DNA of 64,000 nucleotides from Phoronis australis (taxonomy: Eukaryota > Animalia > Phoronida): contig NMRA01000794.1 in the NCBI GenBank assembly GCA_002633005.1, positions 58,224 to 122,223 of the forward strand. Reading direction: 5' to 3'. Shown in pieces: positions 1 to 12,293 of this stretch; positions within the stretch are counted from its first letter, which is position 1; every line of letters starts with the position of its first letter. A model generated the notes under the pieces. That model worked only from the letters and a program-made list of their open reading frames with translations, made no database searches and was not told where the DNA came from. The position numbers and the translations under genes are program-made.

Positions 1-199
1 TTAGATTCGTGCATCATGACGCCAGATACACAATATCTAGAGCTATCGAAAGGCATAGGCTTAAAGTATTTTCTCCCAAAAAGTGTTATAAATGTCTTAC
101 AGTTTGTTTTTTTCAGTAAGCGTACATGTAATTAGTCAAAATCCACCGTTGGCGTCTAAATTACAGAAAACCTGTCATTCACATATGTTACCTAGCACG

Positions 200-960
200 T
201 GGTTTACTGCAGCCACTCGCGCGAGAGCTTTATTTTTCCCATCAGCCTTGGGAACCACGGCCATTCCTACATGTGCTCATCTATCGGTTGCCTTGGTTAC
301 GAGTGCAATCACTTCCGTCTCCTCCATGCATTTCAGTTCCTCGCAAACTTTAGGCATCACCGTATTGTTGACAGAGAGTAGAAAAGATGTGGCTTGCTTT
401 TTTATGTATCATCGGGTTTAGCGATATAGATAAATAACCTACAGTATTGTAATTTGGCGTTGCACTTATTTCAGTTGAAATGACCGATTCACGGTCTTTT
501 CGTTAAACAATATCTTCGATCGCACTGCGTCTCATTACCTCTGACCGTAACCAGTTGACAATGTAAAACTGCTGATCTGACCTTACACGTGCGCCATCTA
601 CTGGTATTTTTTGTGCGAAATGTTCCCCTACAGTGTAGATGATACAACTACCGCCATCAAGTTTCATCAGATTTTTCAAGACGGAGAACTTTGGGCTCAT
701 GTAAACTCTCGCATGGTATTACACTTACATGGACATTGCAATCAAATTTGAGCTGGACAGCATTGTTACCGATCCGAAATGTCTTCTTCTATACATGGTT
801 TAGTCTCTATTTCATCAATTAGAGTGTCGAGGAAAACATAGTCGAACCTAACTCCAACCGTACAACAAAATTGTCCGAAGGGTTCCCTTTACTCGCATTA
901 CATACAGATAGCTTGACAGTTTGGGCATTGATCTACGAAGTGTCTAGCCTAACCTCCTAG
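200..960 (-). mobile_element. Highly degraded Ty3/Gypsy gag-protease-RT remnant in a CUB-gene intron
   Basis: Minus-strand translation gives a decayed zinc knuckle (DQCPNCQAICM*CE*REPFGQFC), a protease-like stretch (NAVQLKFDCNVHVSVIP) and an RT N-terminus (MPKVCEELKCMEETEVIALVTKATDR*A..GMAVVPKADGK, cf. Gypsy PKVKEELERMEKLGVI..V..PTDWCAGMVVVPK.DGK). Contains stops and frameshifts. Confidence 0.6.
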
Positions 961-1185
961 CGAGCAACTTCTATTTTTCAGCTAAGGGATCAGAAGAGAT
1001 TTAACAACTGGTGAGGCTTTTTGAACTGTTATATTTTCTGGGTGGAACGCCATTTGCTCGTTCTTTCTTTTTTCCATTACCACTACTACAACTGCTGCTG
1101 CCCTCTATCGCTAGAACTACTCATTCAATAAATGCTACAGCAGCTTTAGCTCACGTTACAACACATTCCATGTTCTTGCGCTCAC

Positions 1186-1337
1186 CTCCACTGCTGGAAG
1201 AAGTTGGGGTAACGGAAATTACTTCAAAGTGTAGCTTGAATCCTGGGTAGCCAAGAGAATTGTCTGTTACAAACGCTAGAATTATGTTGCCCCAGCCAAC
1301 TGTCATGACAGGTATTGTAGCGTGAGTGTCGCAGAGT
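1186..1337 (-). CDS. CUB-domain gene exon (second half of CUB2); gene continues beyond left edge
   Basis: ttcttcAG acceptor, GTgagc donor, phase 2->1; encodes LCDTHATIPVMTVGWGNIILAFVTDNSLGYPGFKLHFEVISVTPTSSSSG (CUB C-terminal F.TD.S....GF.L.F motif). Confidence 0.88.
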
Positions 1338-2018
1338 CTGAAGAATTGTAGAACAGTGTGATTATCAAACGTAGCAATAATACTAACAACTACGGGTCAC
1401 ATAATGTGACCAATATATGACCTGTACGAAGAATTTTAATTCGTTTTACAAAAGAACAACTATCTTTACACAGGATATATATCTGCTGGATGCTGCGCAA
1501 CTCTTGCTTGTAAATTTTCGTAAGCAAAAATCCATATCGTTTTTTAATAAGCTAAATTGTATCTCTCCATTGAAGCTTAAGCAAAGCCCTCATTTCGTCT
1601 GAAAAATGTCTATGCACACTTTCATATTACGCATATTTTCTTTCGCTTTGGGCTCTGCTGCTTGACAACAGATTATTCGGTGAGCTTCCCTTTCTATCGT
1701 AGAGCCTGTATTTTTTCCAGCTATTTCTTTCTTAAGTTCTCTTGTGCCTTCTGACACTTAAGTTGCGTATTACCGACATCAGTCGGGTATTACCGAACAT
1801 CTGCCGAAAATCACGAGTATTTTTGATATAATTACCTGAAGTTACCATCAGGTAGGTTGAATAACTTAGATCTACATGTATCTGTTGACATCGAAATGGC
1901 ACGGGTGTGCGTGCAATTAGTAGTTTAAAGTTTTCATGCAATCACCACACGTTTTGCACCAGTTGTTGCCGCCAAATAAAAAATAAAAAGGTGAGGCAAA
2001 CCCTTACACTTGTATTAC

Positions 2019-2253
2019 CTTCTAATCACTGTACCGTTCACCATCACCTCCAAGTAATCGTATTTGCATTTCAGTCCTTCCACTTTGAATGTCGTGTTGG
2101 ACCACAGACGAAAAACTGCCGATTCCGGGACACTAAACGTCCACATACACAGTTTATTGGAGGGATAATCAGATGGATAATTAGGCGATAGCATGTTGCC
2201 TGTTTTGTACGGATGAATTAGCCCGTAGTGACTAGAGCAGGTGCTGTCTCCGT
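2019..2253 (-). CDS. CUB-domain gene exon (first half of CUB2)
   Basis: ttttaAG / GTaata, phase 1->2; encodes GDSTCSSHYGLIHPYKTGNMLSPNYPSDYPSNKLCMWTFSVP...FKVEGLKCKYDYLEV (SPNYP..YP....C.W and C.YDYL CUB motifs). Confidence 0.9.
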
Positions 2254-3108
2254 CTTAAAAGATAATTTCATAAATTATTAAAGGACATCGCAGCAAAATA
2301 CCAATACAATTAGATATCACATCGTGCATATACCCTGCCGAGAACTGAGTTCACATAGACAATGACAAAAATTAGTGATACCCTAGTCATATACGAGGAC
2401 ATAAAATCTTAATCATAATGCCAGTAGAAATACATGTACATGTAAGTGTTCGCCTCCAATGAGGTCTCATAGTCAGAAATTTCCGCTCGTTCACGCGCCT
2501 TGGACCTGCCTCATAAAATTCTTCTCTCACGAATGCTAAACGTCTCACCGCATAAACGGAATTTACATCGATCCCTAAAGATTATTCAAATTTAGCAGAT
2601 CAACCCTCGTCATTCACATCGTCTCTCAGACCCAGTGCGCTCGCTTTGAAGGCCGTCCCTTCTCGCACGACTTCACGTAACCTAAAACAACATCTCGCAA
2701 CTGTGTTGGCCAGATCAATCTAGTTTGATTGCAGCATTCGTTTGACTCACATCACTAGAACGATTGAGTCGTTTAGCGGGACTTAAAATGCATGGGCAGG
2801 ATATAATGCTCAAGATTAAGGTTGGTCTGTGGGCAAGTGAAGAGACGCGTCAGTCAACCAAGTTCGCCTCCCACTGATAACCACCACCCCCAATTGATCA
2901 GTCCGCCTTTGGGAGCCACTCCACCATTGCCAGCTATATTTTAGACAAATCTCTGGTCCTAGGCAACGGTCTCCAAGAAATATCGGGCAAGCCTCCTCAG
3001 TCCACGCCATGTTTGTGTCATCCCAATCGTTTGGCACGCAACCTAGCTTCGTTAGTTTCACCTCATCCCCNTTTTCAAGATTAAACTGTCATCAGGAACC
3101 CTCCCCCC

Positions 3109-3110
<2 letters not shown>

Positions 3111-3142
<32 letters not shown>
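3111..3142. repeat. (CA)n microsatellite
   Basis: Visible CA run. Confidence 0.95.
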
Positions 3143-3144
<2 letters not shown>

Positions 3145-3403
3145 CACCAATGTTCTCCCAACCCAGTCAGTTTCATAATCAAACCCGATGTAAAGAGTAC
3201 ATGTATGTCAACACAACGGTAGTAAATAAACCAAAAGACATACGCGTGGAATGCAAATCGCTTAAAGTGATAATCTACATTTACTGCACCAAACATGTTA
3301 ATAGACAAACTGACGCTGTTTTCTAAATCTGTCGAATTCGGATAACTGAATTCGCGTATTCGACGATTATTATATTTATTTATTGTTTCTCGAGATGTGT
3401 TAC

Positions 3404-3531
3404 CTTTGGTGGTGACATTGAATGAAGCTGAGAACCCCTCGAATTGGCTTGCACTGTCAGATGTAAATGATATTTCAATCGATCCCGAGTCGACAGTTTT
3501 GGAAAACGGGACATCTTCTTGTCCGCATAAC
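3404..3531 (-). CDS. CUB-domain gene exon (second half of CUB1)
   Basis: ctgcAG / GTaaca, phase 2->1; encodes LCGQEDVPFSKTVDSGSIEISFTSDSASQFEGFSASFNVTTK. Confidence 0.9.
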
Positions 3532-4028
3532 CTGCAGAGAAGAATGCACCTACATGTACACATGTGATGTCATTGAAGAGATGAAGTCCTCATTTACTAA
3601 GATGCAGTGATGAGATATGTGGATACGTAATCATAAAATCTTACTAAGTCCTATTTAGAAAATACATTTACATGTACATGTACATCTTATGTGTCCTGGA
3701 ATATTTACATTTTGGCTTTCCGTACTAAGTGTAAGATTCGTAGTACACAAGCACAAGTCTTGAACACAGAAAAAGGCGAAAACCTTTACAGAAGCTTTTC
3801 TGTTATTGTATTTAGTTTTACATTTCAAAATTCTTGAATTTCAAATGCTTATTACGTATTAAGCTTTCCCTTAACTGAGTTCAGGCTAGTACATTGTAGC
3901 TTGTAAAAAACTTCGAATAACATACATGTAACTACAGAAACGATATTTTAAAAATATCTGTTGGCAATAACAGAATATTATTCGTAGTTCAATAATGGTA
4001 ATTGTGACTACGATTGTTGTGCACTTAC

Positions 4029-4245
4029 TTGTACTTTTGTTGGCCATTTCTCAAGATTTTCACCACGTCGTAATTGCATGAGTAAGAATGCTCCAGATGA
4101 AATTTGCTTTCGAATACGACGACAAGCTTGTGGTAGGCTGGTACAGTAAACTTCCATGAAATCGACGTGTCTGGAGGATAATTTGACGGAAAATTTGGCG
4201 ACGAAAATCTGCCGCTTGATTGATTTCCAAATGTAACTTCTGTGG
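4029..4245 (-). CDS. CUB-domain gene exon (first half of CUB1)
   Basis: tttcAG / GTaagt, phase 1->2; encodes TEVTFGNQSSGRFSSPNFPSNYPPDTSISWKFTVPAYHKLVVVFESKFHLEHSYSCNYDVVKI. All four CUB exons join in frame. Confidence 0.9.
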
Positions 4246-4749
4246 CTGAAACGATATGAAAAACACTCACTGTGGTGATGTATTTCAGACTGTGAATAGA
4301 ACGCATTGTAGGGCTATCCGTTGTCTCAAACTCAGTAATTTACTGTACACGTATGTGTGTACGGTGCCTGTCTCGTTAGCCATAGTAAACACCAAGCCAA
4401 TACTAACGGTGTGTGTGGTTTACTCATTTGCGATCTACCAAATGGTTACTAAGTTGCCGCATTCCAGGTACTCTGCGACAATCGTACTCAGCGGTTGCAC
4501 TTCCTTGTACAATATGGCTCTCGGAGGTGCTAGAAAGCAGCCGACATAAATAACTTCGGCCTATTTTGTCGTCCAATACTTCCAGCTGCCTACATTTCTC
4601 AGGCCTCTAGCGTTGCTCGGGTATTTTCGATCAAGCTCGTCGATTGAGTCATCATGTCTCAATACTATGCATCAACAAGCTATTTTTCATTGGATCTGTG
4701 ATACATGTAGCGATGCCACAGTCACACTTCGAACGCGTCATATCGGAAG

Positions 4750-5000
4750 AAAACAGAGAAAATATGGATATTGATGGGAGCAGCGTCGGTCTGGTGTCGA
4801 TGTCAAAATCTCTAATTGCTGCACCGTCAAGAAAAGAATCACGTCTCGGTGGACCGACTTCAAAACCATGGGGTCCTGTAGATTAGCAAGTCATTGTAAT
4901 GTGCATTTTGTCTGCCGATTTCAATTAGCTTTCTGACGTCTACGGCCACTACACGACGCATCGCAATCCTCGAACGATCCTTTGCTGAACGTTGTAGCGC
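4750..5000 (-). mobile_element. Degraded Gypsy integrase C-terminal core remnant
   Basis: Minus strand reads ..AVDVRKLIEIGRQNAHYNDLLIYRTP, resembling AVQTVKNLL....DPYLALL.YR.TP; heavily mutated. Confidence 0.35.
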
Positions 5001-7018
5001 TAGTTACCTACAGTGTATACCTATTTTTGTCGATGGAGGAGCATCAGTAATTCATCTTTGAAACATGATGGATCTGTCCTATCTGGCGGGAGAAGCCGAA
5101 CATCTTCGATATGTTATTTTTAAATATTACACAGTAAGACACAATGCCAATACTAATCCGATGTACATGTACCGGGACACAAAAAAACGGAGACAAAGCG
5201 TGAATACTTTGGCCTGCCAATGGCCAATGTTGAAACAAATATCAGGCGATGGCTGGAGCAGCGTTGAATTTGGATTCCATGTAAATGGCGTTTTTAACGT
5301 TGAAAATATGATGACATGACATTTTAAGGGAGTAAATTTAACGTGAACATCGTGCAAAAATGTCCAAGTGTCATATTTTGAATAAAGTTGCAAATTCACT
5401 TGCTTAAAAACATGACCCCGTTTAATGTGTCGGTTCGATAAGAAGGCTGAAACCCTATGGTGTAAGAGGTACAGTAGGCGAATCAGTTGATTGAAGAGTG
5501 GTCGGTGCTTCAGGGGATGGGACCGCCCTCTGTGAGTCTCTTTTGCAAATTGTTATTATCACTCCTCCGCTTTGTTTCTTTTCAAAACCCCTTGAATATG
5601 GTGCTTTAAAGCCCGTGCCACACCTTCACCTAAAACCGTCTACAGATTCTTTGCCTGAGCATTTGGTTATGCAAAATCGCTCAAAACTGTCGCTGTCTTC
5701 CTTTCCACGCGTCATCTACAACTGTTTGAAATACCTGAGGGATTTTTTGAGGAGTTGAACATTCTCCACGTCTAAGTCAGACACGCAGAAAAAAACAACT
5801 CAGTACTATTTTTCAATAAAATATCCCGTGCGTTCAGTTTTTTACGAGGTCTATGTCTTCAAATTTAGTAAAACTACATCGCATGTTTTTTGTGCTAAAG
5901 CGAGTCCTGCCATATAACCTCCCAATAATTCTACGAGTTAGAAAGCAGGCTATTACCCAAAAAAGTTCCTTTGTTCAATGAGATGATAGGCATATACTGA
6001 AGGTTCACATGTAAATCAAAGTTCATCGCATAATCAACCTTTTTTCAAATTGAATGTTATTTAAAATAATAAATGCCATTCAAATATTTTGTAATTTAGT
6101 CAATGTTATGAAACAACAACTTGTTCTATGTTGCGCAAACTATATCGAACTACTATGGTGACTGGAAATGCGTTTGGGTAATAGGTACATTTTTCTTGTT
6201 ATAATCATTGACGAGAACTAGAACGAAAGAAAACCCCGTTCTGCTTTGTAATCTCAGTAGAAATCCAGGATAATGTACTTCCAGCAGTAATAGAGACGCT
6301 GACCACTAGCTTTTTGCTGCGCAGTGACTGACCTATCGCCATGATCAGAACGCAGCATTCTTTACACACCGTCTGCGTTTCCAAGTCGCCATTTTACCCG
6401 AAAAACAATACGTTGTCGATAAAGCTTATTTTAGTCTATCAGTAGCGGATCTAGGATATCACAAGGGGTTCCCAACATTTTGTCTGTCAACATTTGCTGA
6501 AAGCACGATTGTAGATGCGCCAAAGTACCGAATAGAGGGAGGACGGGAGGGGGTTTGCCTCCTCCCGCCCAGGAAAATTTTCGGTTTTTTCCTCTAAAAA
6601 TCAAGCATTTTCGTTTATTACCGAAGTATTTTCCAACAAAAAATACCCAAAAAGAAAGAAAAACACGGAGAAAGTGCCACACAGTATCACGGACTTAAAA
6701 TCACGACCTGGCGCATAGAGCGCGCGTGACTCACCACTGCACCACCACGATTTAAAGTGTAAATTGCAAGGTCTAAGTATGTTAAATTGTAATAATATTT
6801 TCAAGATATTGTTAGTTGGATATATCTTCTTCCAATTATCATGTTATTGTGTCTGTAGTTACGTTAAAAAGCGAAAAAATCCGCGAAAAGTTGACCTTTG
6901 ACACCGTGACATGGTGTTGGGGAACACAAACTAGATCAATATCCCACAATGCAGTTTACCGCCCATACAAAACAGTGGAAGACGAACAAGGAGCGTTCAA
7001 TCTTGGCGTGATTTAGAC

Positions 7019-7149
7019 ATGGTACATCGGTGTGTGTGCGCCAACTGTGCTAACACCAGCCAGGTGGAAGGCGTGACCCTATTTAGGTTTCCCAAAGACA
7101 AGCATCTGGCCGCGAAATGGCACGTTTTCGTGTGCACTGCTCGTCATTG
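7019..7149 (+). CDS. THAP zinc-finger N-terminus of putative Kolobok transposase (interrupted by N gap)
   Basis: MVHRCVCANCANTSQVEGVTLFRFPKDKHLAAKWHVFV: M..RC....C.N, F.FP, W THAP signature. Confidence 0.8.
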
Positions 7150-7471
7150 NNNNNNNNNNNNNNNNNNNNNNNNNNNNNNNNNNNNNNNNNNNNNNNNNNN
7201 NNNNNNNNNNNNNNNNNNNNNNNNNNNNNNNNNNNNNNNNNNNNNNNNNNNNNNNNNNNNNNNNNNNNNNNNNNNNNNNNNNNNNNNNNNNNNNNNNNNN
7301 NNNNNNNNNNNNNNNNNNNNNNNNNNNNNNNNNNNNNNNNNNNNNNNNNNNNNNNNNNNNNNNNNNNNNNNNNNNNNNNNNNNNNNNNNNNNNNNNNNNN
7401 NNNNNNNNNNNNNNNNNNNNNNNNNNNNNNNNNNNNNNNNNNNNNNNNNNNNNNNNNNNNNNNNNNNNNNN
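7150..7471. other. Assembly gap (N run)
   Basis: Run of n characters. Confidence 1.
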
Positions 7472-7570
7472 AGAGCGCCTGGGAGTGACCGGTAAAGCTA
7501 CTGAACTTAAAATTAAAAAAGACCAAGTAGTAATTCGCGGTAGTATGATGCATATTTATAATATTCTTAC

Positions 7571-7840
7571 CAGTCACTAACATTCTGTCGCAACTCCTGC
7601 GCACCTTCTGCCCGTTGATATTCACTGCACGAACCGGCTGGGGCTGGATCGTCGACAACCGGAGCAAGGGAAACGGTTCTACTAGAGAGAAGGTGTGAGC
7701 ACAAATTCAACGGTTCCTATGGGGTCTGTCGCCTCCTCCTCCACATCCGAAACGTCAGAATCGTCTGAAAACTCCACCTGACCCTCCCTGTATCTTTCAA
7801 AATATTCTTCATCTACGCTGCTGTACTCACTGGGATCCAT
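7571..7840 (-). pseudogene. First exon of KolX-like (P2X7 C-terminal-like) accessory gene, frameshifted
   Basis: Acidic start MDPSEYSSVDEEYFERYREGQVEFSDDSDVSDVEEE, decayed P..(F)EP motif, ends ..ELRQNVSDW at a GTaag donor where the C.CG.C cluster of KolX would follow. Needs frameshifts. Confidence 0.55.
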
Positions 7841-10296
7841 ATTGTTTTCTTTGTGTTCCCCAACACCACGTCACAGATGTGTAACGAAGGAAAATGGCGC
7901 CGTTTCTATTTTCCGTTACAACAATGGCGTTACAACGCCACGGCAACAAATATGTAAATAACTTTTTATAGCGACGTACAATTCAGTTAATATTAAGAAT
8001 ATAGCAATAATAATTATAAACATGAATTTAGAGCATATTGTTGTTCAGATTGGTTGAGACCTTGCAATTTACACTTTAATTCTTAATTATATACCAACAT
8101 ACCTACTTGTTTATAGTCCAGAGCGTTTGCGCGCGAAACCTCCTTCTTTTTGTAATGCTTATTACATGATTTATATTTTGTGATATCAGTTCATAACAAA
8201 TTTGCTGTATGTAAAGTAGTCTTCAATTGTCCAAAAGACCAAATCCGTTTTTGTGTTGGCAATAATGACGCGATTGCTTTGGAAATCGTCTTAAGATAAG
8301 GTGTGACAAAGAGAGAATTATGAGTTTCTGAGTGATTTACTGAGGCTTCGATTGAAATTCTTACCAGCAGCTTCTGTTTTTTATCAACACTCAGATTCCA
8401 TTTTCTTTAAAAAGGGAGTAATTTTCTTCATTGCACAGTGGAGCGACGGAAACGGAGTCGTAGTGTCCAGCGCCACTGCCGGTCGCCTGGGATATCGCAG
8501 GAGAGCCTATACTTAGCCATAGTTCCGTTACGATTGCGCCGTGATTCGAACTTGAAACTTGAAATTGGATATGAAACCCCCCCCCCGCCCCCACCCCCCA
8601 AACACTTAAACTGCACACATTTACATCTTGTTTCAGGCGTAGAATTTTCATTACCGGGGTTAATTAATAAACTTATCATTTCCCGACGCTCTTGCTGTTT
8701 TATTTTTTGCAGCAGCAGCGGGGGGGGAGGGAGCGGGACCCATGGTCCCCTGCTAATCCACCTATATCTATAGCCCAAAAATTGTGCGATAAGGTAGAAT
8801 GGTGAAACGCTCTTGCTATGGCGTGTGTACTTCTGACAGCCGTTATGCAGCTCGACAAAATATCCCCTCACTTTTTGGGCATTCCCTAAGAGAAAAGTGA
8901 TGTCGAATGTGTAAACGATGGATCAAACTGTTTGGACGGCCACACGACACATGAGAACCTAAACTTAACAATGTTGCTGGATTACTCGAATATTAAATAC
9001 AAATATAATTGTTCAAATATACGCACTATCAGTTTGGTTGCTATAGTGTAGGCCTATCTGATTTTGACTCCGGAGTTTCACTCGTCTGGGCTCCTTTGTT
9101 CCGGCATCTACTGGATCCCAGCACTAGTCTAGCCGTAGTCCCCGGAATTTGTTGTTTTTGAGTTTTTTTTTAATGTTTTTCATTTATTTCGACCTATAAT
9201 GGACATCGTTTTGCTTCGTAGCAGAGGTACATTTTTTGTTATTCATATACTCGTGGCGTTCAACTGAATATCTCACCAAAATTGAGATTCGATCGGCGCA
9301 TGCAGGGAGGGGCACCACTGAAATTAATGAATTCAGAGCCTCCTTCGAGCTGCCATCACGAAAATATAAACAATTGAATTACTTTTGGATGAGAACCTCT
9401 AGTATACACTACTCCTGTAGAGGTACGTTGAACTCATTCTGTACATGTTCAAACATGATACCTGGATGTATCAAGTCTTAAAAAACAATTGTAGTTATTT
9501 TTGTAAATGGCCATTTGTGCCATTGCACCAGACTTGTCATATGTTGAACCCAAACCACAGGTTTGTGATCACGCTACATGTACATGTACTTTTTAAATTA
9601 AATCAAAACATCCTTTATGCAATCAAACTACAAAAAAAATTCATCAGAAGGTTGGCCTAATTTAAACGTTTTAATGCTGCACTGAATTACGGCCAATTCC
9701 ATTACTTAATTTTATTCAGGACACAGCCCTAGACCTAACGGTGCTAACTGTTTGAATAGCACAAGAGGAGCTTGTACTTCTGCTATGAACCCAACATTTA
9801 TCAATCAAAATATTTCGCTGGAAGACTAGAAAATTATAAACAGTGCTATCGACTCGACTTACTTTACTAGGGAAATCTCATCAGTTGTGGCCTACTTTTC
9901 ATTTGGCTTAATTTAGCAGACGACAGCATAAAAATATTGGCGGATCTTCACGGATTTTGTTCGAAATATCCTGAAATCTATGGCATCTTACAGATATCGC
10001 GACTGCATGGTACAAACCCAGCTTTACATGAACATTTTGCATCAGTGGCCTTGTCATTTTTCAGGTGAAGTGAACCCCGTGAAGGGTTCTTCGGATTTTC
10101 GCTGGTTCCGAAATACTTTTCCTTGAACACTTATTTTTCATCGTCACCTACACAAATTCCCAAATCATGAACGTACGATCCTCACTTGAAAAGCATCGGC
10201 TGTTGTCTTTGTCGAAGTGTTTTCGGAAAGTGCAAAAACAGTCATCGATTCCACCAGGAACGCCGTTTAGCGGCAGTGTATTTGCCTCTGACATCT

Positions 10297-10331
10297 TGTT
10301 TGTTTGTTTGTTTGTTTGTTTGTTTGTTTGT
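10297..10331. repeat. (GTTT)n microsatellite
   Basis: Visible tetranucleotide run. Confidence 0.9.
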
Positions 10332-12293
10332 ATGGTGTCACGTGACTTTTCTCAAGGGGGTGGAGCTTGTGTATCCGGGCGACAGACTTGTTCTTTGATG
10401 GTGTGATATTAAAGCCTAACTGCAACGGAGTTTGTTTATTTAGATGTACAGTATTAGGCTAACCAGACAGTCCCAGCAAAGCTTTAGTAAAATAAGAATA
10501 AAGCAAAGGTAAGCACGTCAAATGATAAGTGAAGCTGCCATTACGTGCCATGCTGCGTTATCGCGAGATCCCAGCACAAACAACAAAAGGTTGTATTGAA
10601 TAGGGGTATGAATAGAACACCATTGCGTGCGGGTATTATTCGCAGCTGTTTGAATTAAAAAGTGATTTTCGCGGTGACGTAAACAATCGCAAGCTAGAAC
10701 GCCTAGAACAGTTCGTTACACTTGGGGCACTAGTGGGCTTAGAGCATTGCTCTTTACATACTGTAGGAATCAAATTTACATACGTTACCGTTGGAGATAG
10801 GCTTGAAGGGCTAATCCACTTACGAGCTCAAGTGTCCAAAATGAAGTGCAGGTGCAAATCCTACATGTATGAAATGACATTTGAGCACGAATGAGGACTG
10901 TGGATTCCCGCAAGATGAGTTGAAAATTTCCTGTAATGTCGAGCTTAATCTCGTTTTGCTAGATAGACGAGGATGGGTTTGCATTCAAAAGCACTTAGTT
11001 ATTCGTGTTTTTTCCTTGATGATTTCAACCATACACCTAGAATTCTAGTTATATCACCATTAGAGTTGGGTTAGTTAATAAAATTACTTGCAAAGTATCA
11101 AACTTATTGAATGGTCTCTGATATACAGATGAACAAATTCGTTTTCGGAAATGAAAAAATTGTGGTATTTGAAAAAAGCACTATAATCTTCTAGAAAAAA
11201 TAATTATAATAACAGTACATCATGGAAGATTTGAAGTTTAATTATTACCGGAACACCGTGATGTCGGACATAATGCATGGACTATGAAATGGCATGCGCT
11301 CACGCTTGCGACTACATGAAGGTCACGTGGTTGGTCAGCTCAGATGTCTTTGAACAGAAACTTTAACTAAAATCGGGTTCACGTAAAACTAATAGGATTT
11401 CGGATAAAAATAAACCTCATTATCGCAGGATTATTTTCTTTGCAATTCTGTTAAACTATGTGCACTTTATTCCTACCCCATTGCCCCCCGCCTCCTCCTC
11501 ATGAGTGTTAAGCACTGTTAGTTTATAATTAACACATTCTTAAGTATATTCGCGATATAACAAAAACAGATATTCATACCTACAACACTTACCGCTGCAA
11601 ACCTGCCCAATAATACCCTGGACAATACAAAATGCTGCGCAGAAAAGAAATGTCCTCTGTGCTCGCCCTGAAGCCATTCCAATTTTAGACGAGTTATCCT
11701 CTTAGACGTTTTGACGCAAAATGGAGAAAGAGACAAATCAAACATTTGGTTAATAACTACCAGCAAGCAAGGCTCGCAAACTAATCAATGGACGACGGTC
11801 AAGCGGCGAATTGTATTGTCATGTTTAACATCACTTCAATGGCCAGACAGCTCATTGGGTAACTGGTATTTTATTGCAGAAGATGGACATTCAGAAAATC
11901 AATCATACAATTATTTTCGCTTTTCGCTCAATTAATATCATCAATAACTGATAATGCCATTTTACGGAGAGCGGAAACTTGTTTCGAACAGTCTTTCGCG
12001 CGGCGAAATCCTATCTGTGCTAGAGGCAAGAATTGTTAGTTTTTGTTGGCATTTACTTAATTTTCAACGAAGCGAAAAAAACAACCCAGTTTTTAGTATT
12101 TTAATTCTTGAATTATATATCTATCACGTAACTCAAGAGATATGAGAAAATCTGTTGTATATTTTCCGTCGATATTCTGACGCCTTTCGGAGCATTCGAT
12201 GTGTGAATCTTTCCATTACGCCAAGGCCAAGAGCAAAACAGCATCCAAAAAAAGGGGAAGATAAGCACAAAAACATAATTCCGTTCTTTTAAG

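Larger units (their letters stand above)
6756..8075. mobile_element. Kolobok-type DNA transposon spanning an assembly gap
   Basis: Perfect 19-bp TIRs AGTGTAAATTGCAAGGTCT (6756-6774) / AGACCTTGCAATTTACACT (8057-8075), TTAA on both flanks (6752-6755, 8076-8079), RR terminus, convergent THAP and KolX-like ORFs. Confidence 0.88.

Noticed and set aside
5127-5170. MYIGLVLALCLT as the CUB gene signal peptide
   Set aside because: It is hydrophobic, but the available GT donors in that frame are phase 0 or 2 while the next exon needs phase 1; left unassigned.
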